Of a stretch of DNA of 64,000 nt, positions 42,261-52,083 are shown piece after piece. Numbering within the stretch: position 1 is the first letter of the stretch; each line of letters opens with the position of its first letter. The notes under the pieces are model-generated. The model was not told the origin of the DNA. It made no database searches and was given only the letters and a program-made list of their open reading frames with translations. A program made the translations under genes and the position numbers. The stretch comes from an uncultured Actinomycetes bacterium (GTDB taxonomy: Bacteria; Actinomycetota; Thermoleophilia; UBA2241): NCBI GenBank assembly GCA_963753695.1, contig CAVWDG010000015.1:9178-73177 (forward strand), given 5' to 3'.

Positions 42261-43037
42261 TTACTTGCCTTCGTACCCCCGCGGCTTGCGCTTCTCGAGG
42301 AAGGCGTCTGTGCCCTCGATGCGATCGGCGGTGGCGAAGGTCAGCGCGAACAGGTCGCGCTCGATCTCGTGACCGGCCTCGATGTCGACGTTCAGCGCGT
42401 GGTGGATCTGCGCCTTTACGTAGCGCACCGCGATCGGCGGTTTGGCGGCGATCTCGGCGGCGAGCTTGAGGGCCTCGGCCATGAGCTCCCCGGCCGGGAA
42501 GACCGCCTGCACAAGGCCGATGGCGGCGGCCTGGGTGGCGTCGATCATGCGGCCGCTCAGGCAGAGGTAGCTCGCCCAGCCGTTGCCGACCTCGCGCGGC
42601 AGACGCTGGGTGCCGCCGAAGCCCGGCGTGATGCCCAGATTGACCTCGGGCTGGCCAAAGCGCGCCGTGTCGGCGGCGAAGCGGATGTCGCAGCCCAGAG
42701 CGAGCTCGCAGCCGCCGCCCAGGGCGAAGCCGTTGATGGCGGCGATCCAGGGCTGCGGGGCGCCCTCGATGGCGGCCACGACCCTGCGGCCCAGCCACGA
42801 CTGCTGGCGCGCCTGCTCGGGGGTCATGTCGCGAAACTCGGCGATGTCGGCGCCGGCCACAAAGGCCTTGTCGCCGGCCCCGGTCAGCACGACCGCGCGT
42901 ACCGTGTCGTCGCTCGAGAGCTGGTGGGCGACGCCCAGCAGCTCTTCGTTGGTCGCCTTGTTCAGGGCGTTCAGCACGTCGGGACGGCTGATCGTCACGA
43001 CGGCGACGGCGCCGTCGCGTTTGACCTCTACAGCCAT
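42261..43037 (-). CDS. Enoyl-CoA hydratase (crotonase family)
   Basis: LNALN, AFVAGADI, ALGGGCEL, GQPEVNLG..PGFGGTQRL; AAGGAGG RBS. Confidence 0.94.
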   Translation of the reverse strand: MAVEVKRDGAVAVVTISRPDVLNALNKATNEELLGVAHQLSSDDTVRAVVLTGAGDKAFVAGADIAEFRDMTPEQARQQSWLGRRVVAAIEGAPQPWIAAINGFALGGGCELALGCDIRFAADTARFGQPEVNLGITPGFGGTQRLPREVGNGWASYLCLSGRMIDATQAAAIGLVQAVFPAGELMAEALKLAAEIAAKPPIAVRYVKAQIHHALNVDIEAGHEIERDLFALTFATADRIEGTDAFLEKRKPRGYEGK

Positions 43038-43169
43038 GAGCGGACCCTCCTTATGGACGTCGGTGGGCCGCGCCGGCCCAGGGGGCAACTCTACCGCAGG
43101 CGCGCCGCTCGCGGGCGTGAGAGCAAAGCTGCCGCCACCGGGGACGCGGCGGGCAAAGGGGGTGCTGAA

Positions 43170-43224
43170 TCGAAACGAGGGCCGGGGCGGACGGCAGATG
43201 GGCTGCCTCCGGCCCCGACCCTCG
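43170..43224 (-). terminator. GC-rich hairpin closing the ncRNA candidate
   Basis: About 20-bp stem CGAGGGTCGGGGCCGGAGGCAG / CTGCCGTCCGCCCCGGCCCTCG followed by TTTCGATTC. Confidence 0.6.
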
Positions 43225-43487
43225 CTTACATCCGCGGCCCGAGGGGGGCTCGGCTCGTCCGGGGGGAGGGCGAGTCTTGCCGCGGACTCTTCAAGGTCGG
43301 CGTACGCTGTTCGTTGTCGTCGCGACCGTCGCCGGTCGAGGTTCGTGGGGCGGCGGACGCGTCAGCTTCCTGCTCGCACAGCCGGCGAACCTTCCGCATC
43401 GCACGAGTACATCCCACTCGCGTCCGCTCCCCGCACACTCGAGCGCCCGTCAGACTGCGACGGGCGCGGCGCCAAGCGTGCTGAACG
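43170..43487 (-). ncRNA. Candidate ncRNA of about 310 nt, rod-shaped (6S/Ms1-like?)
   Basis: Consensus promoter upstream, nested long-range stems, strong hairpin plus T-rich tail at the 3' end, no credible ORF. Confidence 0.55.
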
Positions 43488-43493
43488 AGACCC

Positions 43494-43522
43494 ATTGTAG
43501 ACCTGCGCGAATGTGTGGTCAA
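43494..43522 (-). promoter_or_regulatory. Near-consensus SigA promoter
   Basis: TTGACC-N17-TACAAT preceded by an A-rich tract (GAAACGAAAAGAAAC). Confidence 0.8.
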
Positions 43523-43757
43523 TCGTGCGTTTCTTTTCGTTTCGACCGAGGTAGCTCCCACTTCCGCGACCCATCGTCCTATCCCTTACACAATCGCACA
43601 GCTCCGCCCGGATGCGTACGGCCTGCCGCCGGCGACATCGTAGACCGACGGCGGCAGGCTCGAGCGCCGTGCGGCGGCGTTCGAACGTCACCCTTTACAA
43701 GCCGATGGGTGAGTGATGAGGTTGGGTCGCTTGCTCGCCCACGCCAGGAGGAAGCAC

Positions 43758-44324
43758 GTGAGCCACCACAGTCAGCTCGCCACAGCCTTGCTCGGCTGCG
43801 TCGCCATCGCCGCATTGGGCGGCGGCTGCGCCGCCGCCTCGGTCTCCTCACCCGCCGGCAGCCCGTCGTCCACGCCCGCCGCGCCCGCGCCCGGCAGCGC
43901 CTCGCCGGCCGCCGGCAGCGCCTCGCCGGCCGCCGGCAGCGCCTCGCCGAGGCCCGCCGCCGCCATCACCGCCGGCGCCGTGCCGGCGGCCGCGGCCCGG
44001 GCCGCGGTCCGGTACTGGCGGCTGATCGACGCGCGCCGCTACCACGCGCTGCTCGGCGTCGTCACCGCCGACTCGTCAGCCGCGGCCGCGGTGCGCGCCG
44101 GCCAGACCAACGTGTTCTGGGGCATCAGGCGAGTCAGGGTCGTGTCGACCAGCGCCACGGCTGATCCGGCGCCGCCGGCGGGCGCCACCATCGAGTTCGA
44201 GATGACGATCGACGTCGCGCCCAGCGCCTCGTCGCCCTGGAGCGCCGGGCGCACCTTGGTGTTCATGACCCTGCGCCGCGTCGGCGACAGGTGGCTCGTC
44301 TACGAGAGCGGCACGGGGCCCTGA
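43758..44324 (+). CDS. Putative lipoprotein, Ser/Pro/Ala linker plus NTF2-like (DUF4829-like) C-terminal domain
   Basis: Lipobox-like LGGGC, GSASPAA repeated about three times, ends WLVYESGTGP; AGGAGG RBS. Confidence 0.7.
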   Translation: MSHHSQLATALLGCVAIAALGGGCAAASVSSPAGSPSSTPAAPAPGSASPAAGSASPAAGSASPRPAAAITAGAVPAAAARAAVRYWRLIDARRYHALLGVVTADSSAAAAVRAGQTNVFWGIRRVRVVSTSATADPAPPAGATIEFEMTIDVAPSASSPWSAGRTLVFMTLRRVGDRWLVYESGTGP

Positions 44325-44401
44325 AGCCTACGGTGGCGGGCTCTGCGCCGCCTGCCGCGTCGAGCGCGCGCGGGCCCGGGTCTGCCTGTGCCCCGAGAGC
44401 G

Positions 44402-46800
44402 CTACGCCCTGAGCTTGCGCAGCGGCGCGATCGTCGCCATCAGGCGCCGCTCCGAGCCGTCGTTCTCAAAGTGCACCACGATGATGCCGCTCTGCTCGGC
44501 GGCCGTCACCGTGCCTTCGCCGAGGGTGGCGTGCAGCACGCGGTCGCCGGGGGCGAAGAACAACTCGACCATGCCCTCGTCGTCCTTCTTCTCGAGGCCG
44601 GTGTAGCGCCGCCCTGAACCGAGCGGCACGTCGTCGTCGCGCTCGCGCCAGTTCGAGCGGTCGTCCCAGTCGCGCCGGCCGCCGCGCCCGCCCTGACCGC
44701 CCTGGCCACCGCCGCCGCCCTGCCAGCTGTTGCCCCCATACGAGGGCCCCGCGACCCGGGTGACCTCGACCAGGTCGGCCGGGATCTCAGTCAAGAACCG
44801 TGAGGGCAGCCCGTACAGGCTGCCGCCCCACAGGTTGCGCTGGCGGGCGTGGAGCAGGTACAGGCGGTCCATGGCGCGCGTGATGCCCACGTAGGCCAGG
44901 CGGCGCTCCTCTTCTAAGTTCTGGTCGTCGAGCGAACGCTGGTGGGGGAACACGCCCTCCTCGAGACCGGTGATGAAGACGACCGGAAACTCGAGGCCCT
45001 TGGCGTTGTGCAGCGTCATGAAGGTGATGAGCTCGCTCGTGTCGGCCATGGTGTCGATGTCCGAGTAGAGCGAGATCTCCTGCAGAAAGCCGTCGAGGGT
45101 CGGGTTCTCGGCGCGCTGGTCGTACTCGGCGGCCACGCCGACGAGCTCCTCGAGGTTCTCTATGCGGCCCTCGGCCTCGAGGGTGTCTTGAGCCCCCAGC
45201 ATGGCTGAGTAGCCGCTCTCGTCGAGCACGCGGCGCACGAGCGCGGCCACCGACGTCATGGTCGGCGCCTCGGCCCGCCAGGTGTCGACCACCGCGGCGA
45301 AGCGGGTCAGCGACGACGACGCTGCCGCCGTCAGGCCGGGCAGGTCGGCGGCGCGCTCGATCACACTCCACAGCGAGTCACCCAGGCTCTGCGCTTCGGT
45401 CTGCAGGCGCCCGATCGCGGTGGGCCCCAGGCCGCGGCGCGGCGTGTTCACGATGCGCAGCAGGCGCTGTTCGTCGGCCGGGTTGTTGATGATGGCCAGG
45501 TAGGCGAGCGCGTCTTTGACCTCGGCGCGCTCGTAGAAGCGCGTGCCGCCCACCACCTGGTAGGCGATGGCGTAGCGCCCGAACTCCTCTTCGAGCACGC
45601 GCGACTGGGCGTTGGTGCGGTAGAGCACGGCGATGTCGTGCGGCGCGAGCGGGCCGTCTTGCGCCGAGCCCTCGCTCACCACACCCTCGTCCAGCAGCTT
45701 GCGTACCTGGCTGGCGATGTAGTGCGCCTCGGCGTGCTCGTCGGCGACCTCGACGACGTGCGCCGGCCGACCCGTGCCCCGCGCCGTCCAGAGGTTCTTG
45801 CCCTTGCGCCGCCGGTTGTTCGTGACCACAGCGTTGGCGGCGTCGAGGATGCGCGTGGTGGAGCGGTAGTTCTGCTCCAGGCGGATGACCTTGGCGTCGG
45901 GGTAGTCGCGCTCGAACTCGAGGATGTTGCGAATGTCGGCGCCGCGCCACGAGTAGATCGACTGGTCGTCGTCGCCCACCACGGCGAGGTTGCCGAGGCG
46001 CCGGCCAGCAGGTTGGCGATGCGGTACTGGGCGTGGTTGGTGTCCTGGTATTCGTCGACCATGACGAAGCGGAAGGTGCGCTGGTAGTGCTGCAGGCGGT
46101 CAGGATAGCTCTCGAGCAGGTTGACCGTCTTCATGAGCAGGTCGTCGAAGTCCATGGCGCTCATCTCCATGAGCTTCTTCTCGTAGAGCTCGTACACGTC
46201 GGCGGCGGCGCGCTGGAAGAAGCCGCCCGTGATCTCGCGAAACGCGACCGGGTCTTGCAGGCGGTTCTTGGCGTCGGAGATGGCGCGCGCCAGCGCGTCG
46301 GGGGTGAAGCGCTTGTCGTCTAGGTCGAGCTCGGCGAGGCAGCGCTTGACGAGGCGCTTGGCGTCGTCGGCGTCGTAGATCGAGAAGGTCGACTTGTAGC
46401 CCAGGCGCTCGGCCTCGCGGCGCAGTATGCGGGCGCACATCGAGTGGAAGGTCGAGATCCACATGACGCGCGCCATGGGGCCGACCAGCGCGCCGATGCG
46501 GCCGCGCATCTCGGCGGCGGCCTTGTTGGTGAAGGTGATGGCCAGCACCTCGTCGGGGCGAACGCGGCAGACGCGGATGAGGTAGGCCACGCGGTGGGCC
46601 AGCACGCGCGTCTTGCCCGAGCCGGCGCCGGCTAGGATGAGCAGCGGCCCTTCGACGTGGGTCACGGCCTCGCGCTGCGGCTCGTTTAAGCCGCTGAGCA
46701 GCATCTCGGCGGCGGCTGAACGGGGCTCGCCGGCGGCCGATGCGGCGCCCGCGGTGTCGTCGGCGGCCGGCAGGCGGCTCTGGCGATCGTCACCGCTCAC
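44402..46800 (-). CDS. pcrA: ATP-dependent DNA helicase PcrA/UvrD (frameshift near 46000)
   Basis: AGAGSGKT, TFTNKAA, VDEYQD, VGDDDQSIY, QNYRST, HNAKGLEF, EERRLAYVGITRA. Confidence 0.95.
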
Positions 46801-46810
46801 GAGGGCCGCC

Positions 46811-47434
46811 TCATCGCAGGCCCCAGTCGAGCAGCGCGCTCAGGGCCAGGCACAGCACGCCGGCCACGGCCAGCTTCATGCCCGACCAGATCAGGCGCTG
46901 GCGCGACACACGCCCCAAAAAGAGACCCAACGCGAAGAGCTCGACGAAGGCGACGATCACGCCGACCACGTAGGCGGCGTTCAGGCTGATGGCAGAGCCG
47001 AAGAAGAAGGGCAGCAGCACCAGCGCTGCGGCGACGAACGGCGAGACGCCGTCGACGCAGGCGATGACGATGGTGGCGTAGGTCGAGGCGGCCGCGATGT
47101 CGGAGTCTTCGAGGCTCGAGAGGGTCACGTCTTCGAGCTCGCGCAGCGAGCGGTCGCGCTCGGCGCGCTCGATCAGGTAGGAGCCGTAGAAACCCGAGAT
47201 GCCCATGGCGACGGCGGCGCCCAACCCGACGGCGATGACCTGGTGGGCCGAGTGCACGCGGCCGATGTAGCTGCCCACGAGCACGCCCAGCGTCGTGAGC
47301 ACGCCGTCGAAGGCGTTCATGGCGAAGTAGCGCCGCGCAATCTCGCCGACCTCGGCGACCCGGTGGTAGTGGCGCAGGGTCGCGATCTTGTCGCGCAGCC
47401 AGCCCGAGGCGCCGGGCGCGGTCACCGGGCTCAT
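46811..47434 (-). CDS. VIT1/CCC1-like membrane protein (TIGR00267-like)
   Basis: RRYFAMNAFDGVLT, AMGISG..GSYLIERAE, five TM helices. Confidence 0.8.
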   Translation of the reverse strand: MSPVTAPGASGWLRDKIATLRHYHRVAEVGEIARRYFAMNAFDGVLTTLGVLVGSYIGRVHSAHQVIAVGLGAAVAMGISGFYGSYLIERAERDRSLRELEDVTLSSLEDSDIAAASTYATIVIACVDGVSPFVAAALVLLPFFFGSAISLNAAYVVGVIVAFVELFALGLFLGRVSRQRLIWSGMKLAVAGVLCLALSALLDWGLR

Positions 47435-47456
47435 GTGCTAGGCCAGTGGCTGACGG

Positions 47457-47765
47457 TCACCGCATCCAGCGGGCGCTGGCATCTTGCGGGGTCTCGGCTT
47501 CGTCGATGAGCTGGCGGCCGGTCGACACCTTGTCGATGGAGTGGATGCTGCCCCCGGAGTCCTGGATGACCTCGGCGACTTCCTGGTAGTCGATGTCGTT
47601 GCCTTCGAGGGTGATCTTGATGTTCTCGACCTTGTTGTCGATCTCGAACAGGGTGATGTCGACGCCGGCGATGCCTTCGAGGTCGCCGAGCTTGTCGGCC
47701 AGGTTGAGCATGGTCGGCATGTGCGGTTTGAGAACGTCAAGAACGAGACGTCGGACGTGACTCAC
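47457..47765 (-). CDS. DUF211 family protein
   Basis: RRLVLDVLKPH, EID..VENIKITLEG, GGSIHSIDKV. Confidence 0.88.
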   Translation of the reverse strand: MSHVRRLVLDVLKPHMPTMLNLADKLGDLEGIAGVDITLFEIDNKVENIKITLEGNDIDYQEVAEVIQDSGGSIHSIDKVSTGRQLIDEAETPQDASARWMR

Positions 47766-47836
47766 GGCTGCAGATCACTCTCCCTGTGTGCTGATTGACG
47801 GCCGATAGTAGCATACCCGCAAACCAGGGCAGACCG

Positions 47837-48017
47837 GCCTAGTCCGTCGATCGACTGCGTCGTCGCCGCTCAGGCAGGCGTGACTTCGTCGCGCGCCTAG
47901 TCTGTCGATCGACTGCGTCGTCGCCGCTCAGGCAGGCGTGACTTCGTCGCGCGCCTAGTGCCGTCGATCGACTGCGTCGTCGCCGCTCAGGCAGGCGTGG
48001 CTTCGTCGCGCGCCTGG
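47837..48017. repeat. Three tandem 58-bp repeats without spacers, downstream of cysE
   Basis: GCCTAGTC.GTCGATCGACTGCGTCGTCGCCGCTCAGGCAGGCGTGACTTCGTCGCGC units start at 47837, 47895 and 47953. Confidence 0.92.
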
Positions 48018-48021
48018 TCGC

Positions 48022-48825
48022 TCAGATGCCGCCCCCCTCGCTGAAGTGCAGCAGGCGGTCGAGCTTCTCCTGGTTGCGCACGATGCGGTCGCGGCGCTGC
48101 GCCTTGCGCTCGGGGTTGATCTCGTCGAGCTCCTGCTCGAGGGCGATGATGCGGTCGACCACGCACTTGAGGGCCTCGGCCACGGGGTCGGGCAGGTGCG
48201 TGTAGTCGATGTCGGGAATGCCCACGCGCTGGCCGTCGACGATCACCGGGTGCCCCGGGTTGCCGACCACCGTGGCGTTGGCCGGCACGTCGTGCACCAC
48301 GACGCTGCCCGAACCCACCTTGGCGTTGTCGCCGATGTGGATCGAGCCGAGCACGCTGGCGCCCGAGCCCACCACGATGTTGTCGCCCAGGGTCGGGTGG
48401 CGCTTGCCGTGCTCCTTGCCGGTGCCGCCCAGGGTCACGCCCTGGTAGATCGTGACGTTGTCGCCGATCTCGGCCGTCTCGCCGATCACCACACCCGAGC
48501 CGTGGTCGACGAAGAAGCCCTCGCCGATGGTCGCCCCGGGGTGGATCTCGATGCCGGTGACGAAGCGGTTGAACTGGCTGATCCAGCGCGGCACGACCGG
48601 CATGCCGCAGCGGTACAGCGGGTGGGCCACGCGGTGCAGCCACAGGGCGTGCAGGCCCGAGTACGAGGTGACGATCTCGAAGGTGCTGGTGGCGGCCGGG
48701 TCGCGGTCCTTGACGGCCTGCACGTCGCGGCGCATGCGCTCGACGAAATGTCGCGGCCGGGCCTTGCGTGCGGCGCACCAGGCGCCTTCGGCGAGATCGG
48801 CGGCGGTGCCCATGGTGCGGTTCAC
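48022..48825 (-). CDS. cysE: Serine O-acetyltransferase
   Basis: RDPAA, TGIEIHPGATIG, DHGSGVVIGET, GVTLGGTG..KRHPT. Confidence 0.95.
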   Translation of the reverse strand: MNRTMGTAADLAEGAWCAARKARPRHFVERMRRDVQAVKDRDPAATSTFEIVTSYSGLHALWLHRVAHPLYRCGMPVVPRWISQFNRFVTGIEIHPGATIGEGFFVDHGSGVVIGETAEIGDNVTIYQGVTLGGTGKEHGKRHPTLGDNIVVGSGASVLGSIHIGDNAKVGSGSVVVHDVPANATVVGNPGHPVIVDGQRVGIPDIDYTHLPDPVAEALKCVVDRIIALEQELDEINPERKAQRRDRIVRNQEKLDRLLHFSEGGGI

Positions 48826-49701
48826 TTAGGCGGCTCCTTTCGGAATCGCGGGTGCTTCGTTCATGCTTCCGGAGCGAAAACCCTGCAGGTCGAGCGTGAC
48901 GAACGTGAAGCCCAGGGCGCGCAGGCGGCGCACGATGGCGTCGCGCACGGTGGGCTCGGCGGCGCGCGACAAGGCGTCGGCCGCAAGCTCGATGCGGGCG
49001 ACGTCGCCGTGGTGGCGCACGCGCAGCACGGGGCCCAGGCCGATCTCGCGCAGCACGTCTTCGGCGGCGGCCACCTGGCGCAGCTTGTCGGCCGTGACCG
49101 GCTCGTCGTAGGCGATGCGCGACGCCAGGCAGGCCTCGGCGGGCTTGCTCCACACCGGCAGGTCGAGCGCCCGCGCGAGCGTGCGCACGTCGGCCTTGCC
49201 CAGGCCCGCGTCGATCAACGGGTGGCCTATGCCGCGCTCGGCCGAGGCGCGCATGCCGGGGCGCTCGTCGCCCAGGTCGTCGCGGTTGGCGCCGTCGATG
49301 AGGGCAGTCACGCCGGCTTCGGCGGCGACGCTGACCATGGCCTCGATCAGCGTCGCCTTGCAGTAGTAGCAGCGATCGCGGCTGTTGGCCACGAAGCGCT
49401 GGTCGTCGAGCTCGCGCGTCTGCCACGTGAGGTGACGCACGCCGAGCCCCGCGGCCAGGGCGCGCGCGGCGGTCAGCTCGTCGTCACGATAGGTCTCGGA
49501 GACCGCCGTGAAGGCCAGCACCTGAGCGGCCCCAAGCACGCGCGCGGCGACCGCCAGCACGACGCTCGAATCGACCCCGCCCGAGAACGCCACGCAGACG
49601 CGCTCGAGCGGCTTGAGCTGCGCCGCGAGCGCGTCGAGCAACGGACCGACGGCGGCGAGAGGCGCCGCGCCGGCGGCGCCGTCGTGTGCGACGTCGGCCA
49701 T
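48826..49701 (-). CDS. larE: ATP-dependent sulfur transferase LarE (PP-loop; three-Cys type)
   Basis: AFSGGVDS, RCYYCK, DGAN.DD..D.RPG, KP..ACLASRI, RVRHH, GFRSGSMN. Confidence 0.93.
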   Translation of the reverse strand: MADVAHDGAAGAAPLAAVGPLLDALAAQLKPLERVCVAFSGGVDSSVVLAVAARVLGAAQVLAFTAVSETYRDDELTAARALAAGLGVRHLTWQTRELDDQRFVANSRDRCYYCKATLIEAMVSVAAEAGVTALIDGANRDDLGDERPGMRASAERGIGHPLIDAGLGKADVRTLARALDLPVWSKPAEACLASRIAYDEPVTADKLRQVAAAEDVLREIGLGPVLRVRHHGDVARIELAADALSRAAEPTVRDAIVRRLRALGFTFVTLDLQGFRSGSMNEAPAIPKGAA

Positions 49702-50654
49702 CAGCCGCCCGTCATGGCCGGCGCGCCCTGGTCGGCGAACAGCGGCGTCGAGAGGTAGCGCTCGCCGGTGTCGCAGAGCACCGTGACGATCAGCTTGCCG
49801 CGGTTCTCGGGCCGCGCGCCGATCTCGGCGGCGGCATACGCGTTGGCGCCGGCCGAGATGCCCACCAGGATGCCCTCGCCCGAGGCCAGGGCGCGGGCCG
49901 TCTCCATGGCCTTGTCGCCCGGCACCTTGACGATCTCGTCGTAGACGTTGACGTCGAGGACCGCGGGCACAAAGCCGGCGCCGATGCCCTGGATGCGGTG
50001 CGGCCCGGGCTGACCGCCCGACAGCACCGGCGACTCGGCCGGCTCGACCGCGTAGACCTTGACCGCGGGCTTGCGCTCCTTGAGCACCTGGCCCACGCCG
50101 GTGACCGTGCCGCCAGTGCCCACGCCGGCGACGAACACATCGACTGCGCCGTCGGTGTCGCTCCAGATCTCTTCGGCGGTGGTGGCGCGGTGGATGGCCG
50201 GGTTGGCCGGGTTCTCGAACTGCTGCGGCATGAAGCCGTCGTCGGCGGCGGCCACGAGCTCGCCGGCGCGGGCGATGGCGCCGCGCATGCCGTCGGCCCC
50301 GGGCGTGAGCACGAGCTCGGCGCCAAAGGCGCGCAGCAGGTTGCGCCGCTCGATGCTAAACGTGTCGGGCATGGTGAGGATCAGCCGGTAGCCGCGCGCC
50401 GCGGCCATCATGGCCAGGGCGATGCCGGTGTTGCCGCTGGTCGGCTCGACGATCGTCGTGCGTCCCGGGGCGATCGCGCCGGCCTGCTCGGCGGCGTCGA
50501 CCATGGCCAGGCCTATGCGGTCCTTGACGCTACCGCCGGGGTTGAACGACTCGAGCTTGCCCACGATGTTCGCGCCGCTGCGCTCCGAGAGCGCTCGCAG
50601 GCGCACGAGGGGGGTGCCGCCGATCAGGGTGGTGATGTCGTCTGCGATGTTCAC
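49701..50654 (-). CDS. cysK: Cysteine synthase A
   Basis: [41 protein letters not shown]. Confidence 0.97.
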   Translation of the reverse strand: MNIADDITTLIGGTPLVRLRALSERSGANIVGKLESFNPGGSVKDRIGLAMVDAAEQAGAIAPGRTTIVEPTSGNTGIALAMMAAARGYRLILTMPDTFSIERRNLLRAFGAELVLTPGADGMRGAIARAGELVAAADDGFMPQQFENPANPAIHRATTAEEIWSDTDGAVDVFVAGVGTGGTVTGVGQVLKERKPAVKVYAVEPAESPVLSGGQPGPHRIQGIGAGFVPAVLDVNVYDEIVKVPGDKAMETARALASGEGILVGISAGANAYAAAEIGARPENRGKLIVTVLCDTGERYLSTPLFADQGAPAMTGG

Positions 50655-50666
50655 GCGGTCCTCCGG

Positions 50667-51110
50667 CTAGATGTAGTACATGGCCTCGTGCGGCACGCGC
50701 AGGCGCTCGCGCTCGACGAGATCGGCGATCGTGGTCTGGCGCAGCACCTGCTCGAGGGCCTCTTTGGCTTCGAGCCACACGGCCGCGGGGCCGCACTCTT
50801 CGATGCGCTGACATTCGCCCTGAGTACAGACGGCGGGCGACACCAGGCCGTCGAGCACCTCGACCACCTCGAGGACGGTGATCTCGGCCGGCGGCCGGGC
50901 GAGCAGGAACCCGCCGCTGGCGCCGCGCCGACTGTTGACTATCCCCGCGCGGCGCAGGGCCGCGAAGAGCTGTTCGAGGAACTGCAGCGGGATGCCGCGG
51001 GCGCTGGCCACGTCGGTCAGCCGCACGAGGTGCTCGGGCTGTGTCTGGGTGCGTTCGGCGAGCTCGACGAGGGCGCGCACGGCGTACTTGCTTTTGGCGG
51101 AGATATTCAT
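50667..51110 (-). CDS. Rrf2 family regulator (IscR/CymR-like) with three Cys
   Basis: SKYAVRAL, FLEQL..L, SRRGASGGF, C-x4-C-x5-C, C-terminal MYYI. Confidence 0.93.
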   Translation of the reverse strand: MNISAKSKYAVRALVELAERTQTQPEHLVRLTDVASARGIPLQFLEQLFAALRRAGIVNSRRGASGGFLLARPPAEITVLEVVEVLDGLVSPAVCTQGECQRIEECGPAAVWLEAKEALEQVLRQTTIADLVERERLRVPHEAMYYI

Positions 51111-51121
51111 CGACGGTCGAT

Positions 51122-51154
51122 TCGTACAGGAACTCGATAAGTCTTGTCAACAAT
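51122..51154 (-). promoter_or_regulatory. Promoter with overlapping IscR-type Rrf2 operator
   Basis: ATTGTTGACAAGACTTATCGAGTTC imperfect dyad containing TTGACA; TACGAA 18 nt downstream. Confidence 0.6.
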
Positions 51155-51167
51155 ACCCGCGCGGCGC

Positions 51168-51332
51168 GCGACTCGAACGTCGCGACTCGCGGTGGGAACG
51201 CCGCGACCGCCGACTCAGACGTCGCGGCCCATGGGCGCGGACTCTCGGCAGCGGAGACGATAAGACGCGGCGCCCGGCACGAACGTCAGGGCTCCCTGCG
51301 CGAACGTTACGGCTCCCGGCGCGAACGTCACC
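51168..51332. repeat. Short imperfect repeats in the Rrf2 divergent intergenic region
   Basis: CGCGACTCG copies (51168-51225) and three CGAACGT(C/T)A units at a 21-bp period (51280-51330). Confidence 0.6.
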
Positions 51333-51389
51333 GCGGAGAGCCGGTCGTCATCCTTGTCGCCTTCTGTGCCCGGGCGCAGCATCGACGGC

Positions 51390-52061
51390 ATGGATCTGCG
51401 CTCCTCTCGCCCGCTCGTCGCCGCCGCCCGCTGGCTCGTCGCCGGCGCCGCGGTGCTCGTGGTCGTGGGAGCCTGGGCGACCTGCGGGCGGACGGCACTC
51501 GGCCCCTCGACGCCTGCAGACCGCACCGTCGTTGCGGCGAGCCCGAGGCCTGCGGCCTCGGGCTCGCCGCTCTACGGCACACAGGCGCAGGCCACACCGG
51601 CCGTCGTCACGCAAGCGAGCGCAACGCCCGCCCGCAGCGCACCGGCGACGGGCGTGCCGACCGCAGGCTCGCTGGCGAGCGGCACACAGCCGAGTGGCAC
51701 GCAGCCGAGCGAGACGCCGGCGAGCGAGACGGCCGGCGCGAGGGGCCTCGAAGCCGCCTGCACCGTCGCCCGGTTCAGCCGCTTCGTCAACCAGCGCCGC
51801 CTCGCCGCGGCCCGCCGGCTGCTCGCCGGCAGGCACGTCTGGCCGCGCCGCGGCCGGCATGCCATCCGTCGCATCGACTTCATCTCGGCGCGGGTCTGGG
51901 GAGACTCTCGCGCCGACGTCGTCACTCTCGCCGCGACCGTGCGCCTCGCGGTGCGGCGGGGCTGTCCGCTACCGGACGGCCTCACGACGCTGTACTTCAC
52001 CCTGGGGAGAGACGGGAGCGCGGGAGACTGGCTGATCAAGGCAGTCCGCACAAGCCCGTAA
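51390..52061 (+). CDS. Secreted or membrane-anchored protein, Ser/Thr/Pro linker plus NTF2-like C-terminal domain
   Basis: N-terminal hydrophobic helix, low-complexity linker, ends LYFTLGR..WLIKAVRTSP; similar layout to 43758..44324. Confidence 0.65.
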   Translation: MDLRSSRPLVAAARWLVAGAAVLVVVGAWATCGRTALGPSTPADRTVVAASPRPAASGSPLYGTQAQATPAVVTQASATPARSAPATGVPTAGSLASGTQPSGTQPSETPASETAGARGLEAACTVARFSRFVNQRRLAAARRLLAGRHVWPRRGRHAIRRIDFISARVWGDSRADVVTLAATVRLAVRRGCPLPDGLTTLYFTLGRDGSAGDWLIKAVRTSP

Positions 52062-52083
52062 ACCGACCCGAAAGGGGGTCGCC

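Noticed and set aside
43170-43490. RNase P, tmRNA, SRP RNA or group II intron fragment
   Set aside because: No GAGGAAAGTCC, tRNA-like ends, SRP domain IV or intron domain V motif was recognised.
43226-43561. 111-aa ORF on the minus strand
   Set aside because: Composition is not coding-like, its starts lie upstream of or within the promoter -10, and the region is better explained as structured RNA.
47837-48017. Possible CRISPR array
   Set aside because: Units are contiguous 58-mers with no unique spacers, and there are no cas genes in the window.
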